A stretch of DNA of 64,000 nucleotides, taken from positions 23,029-87,028 of the forward strand of contig JBAZCA010000004.1 of the NCBI GenBank assembly GCA_041671125.1. The letters run 5' to 3'. The notes under the pieces are model-generated. The model was not told where the DNA came from. It saw only the letters and a program-made list of their open reading frames with translations, and searched no databases. Origin of the DNA: Patescibacteria group bacterium. Lineage in GTDB: Bacteria; Patescibacteriota; Patescibacteriia; Patescibacteriales; JBAZCA01. This document shows positions 33,639 through 42,575 of the stretch, piece by piece. The stretch's first letter is position 1, and each line of letters opens with the position of its first letter. The position numbers were made by a program, and so were the translations under genes.

Positions 33639-34307
33639 ATGATCAAGCTTGTCGCTTTTGACTGGAACGGAACATTATTCGCCGACACTCAGGCCATTCT
33701 TAAGGCAATGAATATAATTGCAAGGTCTTATGGTTTTAAGAAAATAAGTCTGCTGCAATACCAGAAAACTTTTGAAATCCCTATTTCTAATTTTTGGGTG
33801 GTGAATGGCTTTACGAAAAAATCATTTGAAAAAGAGGGTGAAAATGTCCAAAAAATATTTATTGACAGTTACGAACCTTTAGCTGATGAATGCCGAACCC
33901 GGAGCGGAACCAAAGAAGTATTAAAAGAGTTAAAAAAACAAAAAATCCAAGCCATAATTTACAGTAACCACACCCGGTTGGATATTCATCGGCAGGTAAG
34001 CCGCTTAAAAATTGACGGCCATTTATTGCGTATTCTCGCCCGTGAGTATGGTGACCATTCTCATTTGCACGGGAGAAGTAAGGAAAAAAAGTTAGTCCAA
34101 TATATTAAAGAATATAAGATTAAGCCTAAAGAAGTTGTGACTGTTGGTGATACTTCGGAAGAAACTGAGATCGGGAAAAAGCACGGCTTCGCAACCGTAG
34201 CCATAACCGGCGGGTACAGCACTGTTGCCAGGTTAAAAAAGCATAAACCCGATTTCCTGATTCATAACATGAAAGAGTTAATTGGAATTATAAAAAAATT
34301 GAATTAA
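33639..34307 (+). CDS. HAD-superfamily hydrolase
   Basis: 222 aa. Motif I is [10 protein letters not shown], with a later SNH motif and GDTSEE. It is embedded in the pur operon. Confidence 0.65.
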   Translation: MIKLVAFDWNGTLFADTQAILKAMNIIARSYGFKKISLLQYQKTFEIPISNFWVVNGFTKKSFEKEGENVQKIFIDSYEPLADECRTRSGTKEVLKELKKQKIQAIIYSNHTRLDIHRQVSRLKIDGHLLRILAREYGDHSHLHGRSKEKKLVQYIKEYKIKPKEVVTVGDTSEETEIGKKHGFATVAITGGYSTVARLKKHKPDFLIHNMKELIGIIKKLN

Positions 34308-34314
34308 AAAATAT

Positions 34315-34809
34315 ATGAAACCACAAGTTGGAATACTCATGGGTTCGGACAGTGATTTAGGCGTCATGTCCGAGGCTGGTAAAATTTTAAAAGAATTTGG
34401 CGTGGCTTATGAAATTACGGTTTGTTCGGCGCATAGGACGCCGGATCGGGCGCATGAATACGCGATAACCGCCCGCGAGCGCGGATTGAAAGTGATAATT
34501 GCCGGAGCCGGCGGAGCGGCGCACTTAGCCGGAGTTTTAGCCGCTCAAACGACCTTGCCGGTAATCGGCGTGCCGATTAACTCAAAGCTCAAAGGCCTTG
34601 ATTCGTTACTTTCTACTCTGCAGATGCCTTCAGGCATTCCGGTGGCGACAGTCGCCATAGATGGCGCGAAGAACGCCGGAATTCTGGCTGTAGAAATTTT
34701 AGGGACGGCTGACGATGGACTGGCGGAAAAGTTGGATGAATATAAAAAAAAGATGGCAGAGGAAGTTAATGAGAAGGCGAAGAGGATGGAGAAAATAAAT
34801 AAAAATTAA
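34315..34809 (+). CDS. purE: 5-(carboxyamino)imidazole ribonucleotide mutase PurE
   Basis: 164 aa. It contains [20 protein letters not shown] and [15 protein letters not shown]. Confidence 0.9.
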   Translation: MKPQVGILMGSDSDLGVMSEAGKILKEFGVAYEITVCSAHRTPDRAHEYAITARERGLKVIIAGAGGAAHLAGVLAAQTTLPVIGVPINSKLKGLDSLLSTLQMPSGIPVATVAIDGAKNAGILAVEILGTADDGLAEKLDEYKKKMAEEVNEKAKRMEKINKN

Positions 34810-34810
34810 T

Positions 34811-35926
34811 ATGCCAAAATCCGAATACGCGAAATCAGGAGTAGACTATACGGTGATGGAGCCTTTTAAGATGGCGATGATTGAAGCCGGGAAAAAAACT
34901 TTGCATTTTCCAGAAAAACGCGATGTCTATATCGTAAAAGACGCCATCCACGCCCATGGCGCGGTTTTTGAATACCGGGGCAAAGATCAGCCGATCTGGT
35001 GCAAGACCCAGGAAGACTTAGGCAATAAAAATTGGATTGCCGAATGGATGTATCAAAATACCGGTAAAACCTATTACGACGCTATTGCCATTGATACGGC
35101 GCTTATCGTTGTAAACGACGTCATCGCCCAAGGCGCTTTACCGGTTGTTTTTAATGATCAGCTGGAAGCCTCGTCTAGCGAGTGGTATAGCGATGAATTA
35201 CGGGCTAAAGATTTCGCGAATGGCCTCGTAAAAATTTGCGAAGAGGTCGGAATGGCTCTGCCGGCCGGGGAATCGGCCAGCTGTAAATACTTAATTAACC
35301 CAAAACCGCCGGTAAAAGAAATTGCTACTCTCTCCGGATCGGTTACCGGGATAATCGCGCCGCGGGGAAATTTAATCACTGGACGGGATTTATCGGCTGG
35401 CGATCATATAATTGCAGTCGCTTCTTCCGGGTTGCACGCCAATGGAATTTCGCTGGTAATCAGAAAATCCATGGAGTTAGGGGAAGGTTTTTTAACCAAA
35501 CTGCCCAGCGGTAAAACCATTGGTGAAGAAGCGCTAATTCCTACACGTTCATACGTAAAATTAATTGAAACATTATTAGAACACAAAATAAAAATCCATG
35601 CTTTGCTTCCCGGCACCGGCGACGGGGTGGGAAAAATCGCTTTTGATAAGCGGCCGTTTACTTACCGGCTTCATTCCTGGCTGACGATTCCGCCGCTCAT
35701 GCAATATTTTCGCGATAACCTGAATATCCCGATTAAGGACTGTTTAAAAACTTTTAACTGGGGCGCGGGTTATTATATTTATGCGTCTGCCGATCAGGTG
35801 GATGACATTTTAGCGATCGGTAAGCAGGCCGGGTATGATTTGGCTGACGTAGGAAGAGTGGAAGAAGGGAAGAGGCAAGTAATTTTTGAGCCGGAAAATA
35901 TTACCCTGGCGCCGCCGGGGGAATAA
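34811..35926 (+). CDS. purM: AIR synthase-related protein, probable PurM
   Basis: 371 aa. It begins YAKSGVDYTVMEPFK, and the domain layout is PurM-like (AIRS N and C domains). Operon position supports the call. The sequence is divergent from canonical PurM. Confidence 0.6.
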   Translation: MPKSEYAKSGVDYTVMEPFKMAMIEAGKKTLHFPEKRDVYIVKDAIHAHGAVFEYRGKDQPIWCKTQEDLGNKNWIAEWMYQNTGKTYYDAIAIDTALIVVNDVIAQGALPVVFNDQLEASSSEWYSDELRAKDFANGLVKICEEVGMALPAGESASCKYLINPKPPVKEIATLSGSVTGIIAPRGNLITGRDLSAGDHIIAVASSGLHANGISLVIRKSMELGEGFLTKLPSGKTIGEEALIPTRSYVKLIETLLEHKIKIHALLPGTGDGVGKIAFDKRPFTYRLHSWLTIPPLMQYFRDNLNIPIKDCLKTFNWGAGYYIYASADQVDDILAIGKQAGYDLADVGRVEEGKRQVIFEPENITLAPPGE

Positions 35927-35936
35927 AATTTTTTTT

Positions 35937-35962
35937 GTCATTCCCGCGGAGGCGGGAATGAC
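35937..35962. repeat. GTCATTCCCGC-GGAG-GCGGGAATGAC hairpin
   Basis: A perfect 11-bp stem after purM. A related half-site, ggattcccgctttcgcgggaatgac, occurs at about 56744-56770. Confidence 0.8.
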
Positions 35963-36008
35963 ATAGAGATAACTAGTAATTTGAATTTGTATATTTATAG
36001 CCACTCAT

Positions 36009-36974
36009 ATGAACAGACAAATAATTGAAAAAAACCTAAATCGCGTCCTTGAAAAAACCGATTTTTTTAAACTTGGCGAACGGCGGCAGGGAAAAGTCAG
36101 GGATATTTATACGCAACCGGATAAAATTATTTTAGTTTCCACTGACCGCTACTCAGCCTTTGACCGCAACCTGGCTTTGATTCCTTTTAAGGGGCAAGTT
36201 TTAACCCAGACCAGTAAATGGTGGTTTGAAAATACTAAGGATATTATTCAAAATCATCTCATTGATTCTCCGGATCCGAATGTCGTCGTCGTAAAAAAAT
36301 GTTCGGTCGTGCCGATTGAAGTTGTTGTCCGGGGTTATATTTCCGGCGTAACCGGCACTTCGCTCTGGACGCTTTATAAAGATGGACAGCGCGATTTTGG
36401 CGATTTTACTTTGCCGGAAGGGATGAAAAAAAATCAAAAATTGGAAACGCCGGTATTAACGCCGACTACGAAGTCCGACGAACATGACCGGCCGATTTCG
36501 GAAAAGGAGATTGTGGAAGAAAAGATTGTGCCGGAGGAACTCTGGAAGAAAATCGCGGACATCGCGCTCAAATTGTTCACGCGCGGGCAAGAGCTGGCCT
36601 TGGCTCACGGCCTTATCTTAGTGGACACAAAATATGAATTTGGTCTGGACGAGAATAACGAACTGATATTGATTGACGAAATTCATACGCCCGACTCATC
36701 AAGATATTGGCAAGCCGATTCATACCAGGCGAGAATTGATCAGGGACTGGAACCGGAAAATTTTGACAAAGAATTTTTGCGCCTCTGGTTTAAGGAAAAT
36801 TCCAACCCTTACGAGGATGAAATCCTGCCGCCTGCTCCGGCTGATATGGTCGTTGAACTTTCATCCCGGTATATCCGGATTTACGAGCAGATAACCGGAA
36901 AGAAATTTGAAACCGATCTGGAAACGCCGGTTTTAGAAAGAATTGAAAAAAATTTGCTCGCTTACAAAATTTGA
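36009..36974 (+). CDS. purC: SAICAR synthase (long form)
   Basis: 321 aa. It contains GKVRDIY, STDRYSAFD, LVDTKYEFG and IDEIHTPDSSRYW. Confidence 0.9.
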   Translation: MNRQIIEKNLNRVLEKTDFFKLGERRQGKVRDIYTQPDKIILVSTDRYSAFDRNLALIPFKGQVLTQTSKWWFENTKDIIQNHLIDSPDPNVVVVKKCSVVPIEVVVRGYISGVTGTSLWTLYKDGQRDFGDFTLPEGMKKNQKLETPVLTPTTKSDEHDRPISEKEIVEEKIVPEELWKKIADIALKLFTRGQELALAHGLILVDTKYEFGLDENNELILIDEIHTPDSSRYWQADSYQARIDQGLEPENFDKEFLRLWFKENSNPYEDEILPPAPADMVVELSSRYIRIYEQITGKKFETDLETPVLERIEKNLLAYKI

Positions 36975-37018
36975 CGAGAGAGACTGTAATCACTAATGAT
37001 AACCTTGAAATAATTTTT

Positions 37019-38410
37019 ATGAACCTATTGCAAAACATTTCACCCATAGACGGCCGCTACAAAAAATACACGGAAATACTGGTTCCGTTTTTCAGTGAAG
37101 CGGCCGGCATGAAATACAAGGTTTTAATGGAGTGCGAATACCTGATTGCGCTTTCGGAAACGGACGGCGTCAAAGCGCCAAAGCTTAACGAAGCGAAAAA
37201 AACGGCAATCAGAAAAATTTACGAAAATTTTTCCGAAGCCGACGCCCGGCTGATTTCCGATTTTGAGCTCCGAGGCAAAGGAAAAATTAAGGCCACCAAC
37301 CACGACTTCAAAGCCATGGAATATTTTATTAAAGAAAAACTCGCGAAAAATGGCTTAGATTCATTAGCCGAATGGGTTCATTTCGGCCTTACTTCAGAAG
37401 ACGCGAGCAACATCGCTTACGGGCTAATGGTTTCCGAGAGCTTGCGGGGCGCAATAATCCCGGCTCTGGAAAAAATTGTTTCCCAAATCAAAAGTCTGAT
37501 CCGGGCGGGAATTAACGCCCCCATGCTCGCCCGGACGCACGGCCAGCCAGCCTCGCCAACGACTTTCGGAAAGGAATTTAAGATTTTTTCCGCGCGGATT
37601 GACCGGATTATAAAGAAGCTTAAAAGCCATTCTATCCAGGCCAAATTAAACGGCGCCACCGGCAATTACAACGCGCTCGTTGCCGCTTTTCCCAAAGTTA
37701 ATTGGATTAAATTTTCGGAAAATTTTATCCGGCAGATTAATAAGCAGAGAAAAACCCGGCTGGAAATTAATTTATTTACCACCCAGATTGAATCGCACGA
37801 CAGCTTAGCCGAGCTCTTTAACATGCTTCGGCGCGCCAATACCGTCTTAATCGGGCTGGATCAGGATCTTTGGCGCTACGTTTCCGACGGCTGGCTCGCG
37901 CAGAAACCGGTGGCCGGTGAAGTAGGTTCGTCCACCATGCCCCATAAAATCAATCCCTGGTTTTTAGAAAACAGCGAAGGTAATCTCGGAATGGCTGATG
38001 CCATGCTGGAATTTTTTAGCCGCAAACTGCCAATCTCCCGCCTGCAAAGGGATTTATCCGATTCAACCGTGCTAAGAAATATCGGTACGGCCTTCGGTCA
38101 TTGTCTCGTAGGTTACGGCTATCTCGGCCTTCAGCTTGAACGGCTGACAATTAACCGGGAAAAAGCTTTGGCCGATTTAAAAAGCCATCCGGAAGTGATT
38201 GCCGAAGCGATCCAGACGATCCTCCGCCGGGAAGGGGCGGTCATGCCTTACGAACAACTAAAAAATCTTACCCGGGGACGGCGGCTAGAGATAGAGGATT
38301 TTCATAAATTTATTGACGGCCTGAAAATTTCCCAGGAAGTAAAAAAAGAACTGAAAAAAATCAGACCGGAAAATTACATCGGCCTGGCCGCGAAGCTCGC
38401 CGGGCTGTGA
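37019..38410 (+). CDS. purB: Adenylosuccinate lyase
   Basis: It starts MNLLQNISPIDGRYKK and contains the signature GSSTMPHKINP. I chose the ATG at 37019 over the TTG at 36971. Confidence 0.92.
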   Translation: MNLLQNISPIDGRYKKYTEILVPFFSEAAGMKYKVLMECEYLIALSETDGVKAPKLNEAKKTAIRKIYENFSEADARLISDFELRGKGKIKATNHDFKAMEYFIKEKLAKNGLDSLAEWVHFGLTSEDASNIAYGLMVSESLRGAIIPALEKIVSQIKSLIRAGINAPMLARTHGQPASPTTFGKEFKIFSARIDRIIKKLKSHSIQAKLNGATGNYNALVAAFPKVNWIKFSENFIRQINKQRKTRLEINLFTTQIESHDSLAELFNMLRRANTVLIGLDQDLWRYVSDGWLAQKPVAGEVGSSTMPHKINPWFLENSEGNLGMADAMLEFFSRKLPISRLQRDLSDSTVLRNIGTAFGHCLVGYGYLGLQLERLTINREKALADLKSHPEVIAEAIQTILRREGAVMPYEQLKNLTRGRRLEIEDFHKFIDGLKISQEVKKELKKIRPENYIGLAAKLAGL

Positions 38411-38563
38411 TATGGACATTTAGGCTGTTATTTGCTAATCTGGTTATATTACAAATTCACAAATCAGGCACAAATAATACAAATGCTATTTGTGAATTTG
38501 TGTTATATTTGTAAATTAGTAATCTATTTTATGCGAAAAATCTGGAGACGGGCCAAACCAAAA

Positions 38564-39082
38564 ATGGAGAAAAGATTCAGGGTTAACGAGTATATTCGGA
38601 TACCCCAGGTTTTTTTAATTGACGAGAATAACGACCGCATCGGAGTCGTTACGATTGAAGAAGCGAGAAAAAAGGCCGAGGAAGCCGGATTAGATCTCGT
38701 TGAAGTTGATCCGACTCCTAACCCTTCGGTTGTCCGGATCATGGATTTTGGCCAGTTCAAGTATACCCAGGAAAAAAAATCCAAAGCTAACCAGAAAAAC
38801 AAAGCGGCCGAGCAGAAAATTATCCGCCTTACCGTCCGCATCGGCAAACATGATTTTGACGTCCGGGTGGATCAGGCCGTAAAATTCCTTAAAAAAGGCC
38901 ATCCGCTCCTCGTAATGTTGCAGTTAAAAGGCCGGGAAAAGGCTTATCCGCAAAAAGGCGAGGAAACCATGAAGGAATTCGTTGCCGCCCTAGACGGCAC
39001 TCCGGACATGAATCTGGAGCGCATTGAGGACTTGACAAGAAAGGGCGGAAGATTTACAATAGAGCTATCAAATAAAAAGTAG
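38564..39082 (+). CDS. infC: Translation initiation factor IF-3 (start uncertain; alternative ATG 38531)
   Basis: MEKRFRVNEYIRIPQVFLIDENNDRIGVVTIEEARKKAEEAGLDLVEVDP...VVRIMDFGQFKY aligns in length with Bacillus-type IF3. The long track ORF from 38432 reads through an inverted-repeat region. Confidence 0.85.
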   Translation: MEKRFRVNEYIRIPQVFLIDENNDRIGVVTIEEARKKAEEAGLDLVEVDPTPNPSVVRIMDFGQFKYTQEKKSKANQKNKAAEQKIIRLTVRIGKHDFDVRVDQAVKFLKKGHPLLVMLQLKGREKAYPQKGEETMKEFVAALDGTPDMNLERIEDLTRKGGRFTIELSNKK

Positions 39083-39170
39083 TTCTTCCGTTGACAATCA
39101 GGTGAATGCCTGTTTTTTTATATCCACGAAGCTATTCTGCGGTATCGCGGGAATGATTTAAGGAAACTAT

Positions 39171-39368
39171 ATGGGAAAGATGAAAACTCACAAAGCTACG
39201 GCTAAAAGGTTTAAAATAACCAAAAATAAAAAAGTCCTGAAACGGAAAGCCGGTCAGGATCATTTTAACGCCCGCGAAACAGGCGCCGTAAAGCGCCGGA
39301 AAAGGCGGGATATTCTTCTGTCAAAAAGCGATGTGAAGAATATTAAGCTGATGATGCCCTATAACTAA
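39171..39368 (+). CDS. rpmI: 50S ribosomal protein L35
   Basis: 65 aa. It starts MGKMKTHKATAKRFKITKNKKVLKRKAGQDHFN. Confidence 0.93.
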   Translation: MGKMKTHKATAKRFKITKNKKVLKRKAGQDHFNARETGAVKRRKRRDILLSKSDVKNIKLMMPYN

Positions 39369-39394
39369 ATTTGAAATTTGAAATTTAAAATTAA
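39367..39394. repeat. Heptamer array AAATTTG x2 + AAATTTA + AAATTAA
   Basis: The 7-nt phase can be read directly between rpmI and rplT. Confidence 0.7.
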
Positions 39395-39399
39395 GGAAT

Positions 39400-39747
39400 A
39401 TGCCCAGAGTAAAACGAGCTAAAATCCACCTGAAAAAACGGAGAAAGCTATACGCAAAGACCAAAGGCTATAAATGGCGGCGGAAAAATACCGTCAAGCA
39501 GGCCAAGGAGGCGGTTGTTAAAGCCGGTGTCCATTCTTACGTTGACCGGAGGAAAAAGAAAAGAACCGCCCGCGGACTCTGGCAAATCCGGATCGGCGCC
39601 ATGGTTAAGAATTACGGCCTGAGCTACTCAAAATTCATGGGCGCCCTGAAAAAGAATAATATTATTTTAGACCGGAAGATCCTTTCCGGCCTGGCCGTTA
39701 ACGATAAAAAAGTTTTTGAAAAAATCATTGAAAAGGTCAAGGCTTAA
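39400..39747 (+). CDS. rplT: 50S ribosomal protein L20
   Basis: 115 aa. It starts MPRVKRAKIHLKKRRKLYAKTKGY and contains LWQIRIGA. Confidence 0.93.
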   Translation: MPRVKRAKIHLKKRRKLYAKTKGYKWRRKNTVKQAKEAVVKAGVHSYVDRRKKKRTARGLWQIRIGAMVKNYGLSYSKFMGALKKNNIILDRKILSGLAVNDKKVFEKIIEKVKA

Positions 39748-39773
39748 TTGCCTCTTATTTTTCCGCGTTTAAT

Positions 39774-40001
39774 ATGAAGTATCTTCAAATAGCTCAGCCG
39801 ATTATCGCCATCCTCCTTATAGTTTCCATCCTCCTGCAGAACCGGGAATCCGGGCTGTCCGGCGTTTTCGGCGGCGGCGGAACGGTTTTTCGGACCAAGC
39901 GGGGGTTAGAAAAAATATTATTTATCGCCACTATTGTTTTAGTCGTGATCTTTATCGGCATTTCTCTCGCAAGCCTGGTATTTGGAACTCAGAGCGCTTA
40001 G
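39774..40001 (+). CDS. secG: Preprotein translocase subunit SecG
   Basis: 75 aa with two TM helices flanking the motif LLQNRESGLSGVFGGGG. Confidence 0.8.
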   Translation: MKYLQIAQPIIAILLIVSILLQNRESGLSGVFGGGGTVFRTKRGLEKILFIATIVLVVIFIGISLASLVFGTQSA

Positions 40002-40176
40002 AATGTGTTTAAAAACCCTTTCTACTGCGGCTTTACCGCTTCGGCTTCGACTTCGTCAGACTTCGCAAAATAATACTCACCGTAGCTTAGGCTACGCCTC
40101 GTATTGTTTTACTCGTCTTCCTCGTCTCGCTCAAAACGGGTAAAGCCTCGCGACGAAATGGTTTTTAAGCACATTC
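40001..40176. repeat. Long imperfect hairpin element with locus-specific terminal stem
   Basis: The left end gaatgtgtttaaaaaccctttc pairs with the right end gaaatggtttttaagcacattc. The interior has nested stems (gcggctttacc...ggtaaagcc; gtagcttaggctac). Confidence 0.75.
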
Positions 40177-40340
40177 TTAAAGCGGACGCGGCGAATAGCT
40201 CCCGCGGACAGCATTTCCGGAACCGGTGCAGGGACTTGAATTTTTCTGCGGATATGTTATTATAGAAATAACATCGGGCTTCACTAATATTATCAGGAAA
40301 ATCTCTCCTTGATCATCGTTTTCCTGATTTTAAGATTATT

Positions 40341-42293
40341 GTGGACTCTCTAAAAAATAAAATTTTTTCCATTTTTAGCGCGCTAAAAGCCTCGCTTTCC
40401 TTTAGCGGGATTAAGGCTTGGTTCTATGGTTTGCCGGGAATAAAAAAAGGCGCCGGCCGGGTTCAGGACGAAATAGACAAAAAGCTGGTTTATTCCATGT
40501 CCCGTTCAAGAATCCCGAGCCTTAAACAGGCTAAATACATTAAAATGTATCTTAGCCCGAAGGAAGGCTTAATAATAAAAGTTTGCCTGGGAATAATTTT
40601 TATTAATCTTTTGTTTTTAGGCGGTAGGTTTTATAAGAATCATTTAAAAATCGTCCCGGAGATCGGGGGAGAATACCGCGAAGGGTTGGTCGGAAGCCCG
40701 AAATATATCAACCCGCTTTATTCTTCAACAAACGATGTTGACAGCGATATTTCCCTCTTAGTATTTTCTTCGCTTTTTAAAAGGGACGATGAAGGGAAAA
40801 TTATCGGCGACCTGGCCGAGAGTTACAAAGTAAGCCCGGACGGAAAAAAATACAGCCTGAAAATAAGGTCTGGCGCCAAATGGCATAACGGAAACGCCCT
40901 GACCGTTGACGATATAATTTTCACTTTCGGCGCCATAAAAGACAGTGAATTTAAATCAACCCTGCACGCGAGTTTCGGCGGGGTGGAAATTGAAAAGATA
41001 GACGAAGAAAACATCAGCTTTAATTTAGCCGAACCTTACGCCCCGTTTATTGAACTTCTGACTTTTGGCATACTGCCCCGGGAAATCTGGGAGCAGATTC
41101 CTCCGGCTTCGGCCCGTCTCGCCGAACTAAACCTAAAGCCGATTGGCTCCGGACCCTATAAATTCAAGTCGCTCTTAAAAGATAAAAATGGCAACATCAA
41201 GGCCGTAAACCTTTCGCTAAACGAGGATTATTACGCCAAAACGCCCTATATCAAGGAACTGACTTTTTCTTTTTTCCCCAATTACGAAGAGATGGTGGCA
41301 GGGATAAACGGCAACCAGATTGACGGCATGAATTATCTCCCTCAGAACCTCATAAAAGACATTGCCGCCAGGGATTCCTACAACCTGAAAAAAATCAACT
41401 TGCCCCAGCTTACCGCTCTATTTTTTAATCCGGCCAATAATTCCTTTTTAGCGGATAAGGGGGCGAGAAAGGCCCTGGCCCTGGCCATGCCCAAAGAAGA
41501 AATCATGGGAGGAATTTTTAACCAGGATGACTATAAACTCATTTATTCGCCGATTTCAGCCGACAGCCCCTATTATTTTGACGGAGTGAATAAATACGGG
41601 TTTAACGCCGAAGAGGCGGCAAAGAATTTTACCGGGGCCGGCTGGAAAATTGAGGAAATAAACGAAGAGGCAATCCGGAAAGCCGGGGAAGAAAAAGATT
41701 CCGAAGACGCGGCGGTCAAGGCCAAAGCCGAAGCAATCTTAACGCAGGGAGTGGGAAAATGGCTTAAAAATGAGGGCGGAAAATATTTTAATTTAAAAAT
41801 TACCACTGTTGATTCGGAAGATAATTTCCGGGTGGCCGAAGCGATTAGAACAAATTGGGAAAAGGCTGGCATCAAAATTACGGTGGAATTAATTCCAGCC
41901 GGACAGATCCAAAGTCAGGTCCGCGCCAAAAGCTATGAAGCCCTGTTGTATGGAATAACCCTGGGTCCTGATCCGGATTGTTACGCCTATTGGCATTCCA
42001 CCCAGGCGGAAAAAGGCCTAAACCTCGCCAACTACAGCAACAAGACCGTTGACGCCTTGCTTGAGGACGGCCGGGCGGCGCTTAGTACTGAAACCAGGAA
42101 AGGGAAATATAAACAGTTCCAGGAAATAATTTCCGATGAGGTGCCGGCCATATTCATTTATTCGCCTTTTTATAATTACATCCAGGCCAAGAAAATAAAA
42201 AATTTCAACACCGTCAAAATATACAATCCTTCGGACCGTCTTTCGGGAATCGGGGAGTGGTATATAAAAACCCAGAAGAAGATTGTCTGGTAA
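40341..42293 (+). CDS. ABC transporter substrate-binding protein, family 5 (peptide/nickel type), membrane anchored
   Basis: 650 aa with a GTG start. It has a TM anchor and an SBP_bac_5-like body (EGLVGSPKYINPLY...WHNGNALTVDDIIFTF...GSGPYKF). Confidence 0.7.
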   Translation: MDSLKNKIFSIFSALKASLSFSGIKAWFYGLPGIKKGAGRVQDEIDKKLVYSMSRSRIPSLKQAKYIKMYLSPKEGLIIKVCLGIIFINLLFLGGRFYKNHLKIVPEIGGEYREGLVGSPKYINPLYSSTNDVDSDISLLVFSSLFKRDDEGKIIGDLAESYKVSPDGKKYSLKIRSGAKWHNGNALTVDDIIFTFGAIKDSEFKSTLHASFGGVEIEKIDEENISFNLAEPYAPFIELLTFGILPREIWEQIPPASARLAELNLKPIGSGPYKFKSLLKDKNGNIKAVNLSLNEDYYAKTPYIKELTFSFFPNYEEMVAGINGNQIDGMNYLPQNLIKDIAARDSYNLKKINLPQLTALFFNPANNSFLADKGARKALALAMPKEEIMGGIFNQDDYKLIYSPISADSPYYFDGVNKYGFNAEEAAKNFTGAGWKIEEINEEAIRKAGEEKDSEDAAVKAKAEAILTQGVGKWLKNEGGKYFNLKITTVDSEDNFRVAEAIRTNWEKAGIKITVELIPAGQIQSQVRAKSYEALLYGITLGPDPDCYAYWHSTQAEKGLNLANYSNKTVDALLEDGRAALSTETRKGKYKQFQEIISDEVPAIFIYSPFYNYIQAKKIKNFNTVKIYNPSDRLSGIGEWYIKTQKKIVW

Positions 42294-42399
42294 GAGGGGA
42301 CGTGGCGTCTGCCTGCTCGCCTCGATTCTGCTTCGGCGAAGCGGGTCTATAGGCGAGAAACCAACAGATTTATACCCCGCTCCATTAAAATTTACTATT

Positions 42400-42483
42400 G
42401 CCTTGGTGGCGAAACTGGTAGACGCGCATGGTTCAGGGCCATGTGGGAGTAATCTCATGGGAGTTCGAGTCTCCCCCAAGGCA
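42400..42483 (+). tRNA. tRNA-Leu (CAG), class II
   Basis: Sequence is GCCTTGGTGGCGAAACTGGTAGACGCGCATGGTTCAGGGCCATGTGGGAGTAATCTCATGGGAGTTCGAGTCTCCCCCAAGGCA. Confidence 0.93.
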
Positions 42484-42575
42484 CAAAAGAAATTAACTCT
42501 CTTAAATAACTAATTAACTGGTCATTGATTGCTGATATATATCACTCGTCACTGATCACCAATTGAACAAGCAGT

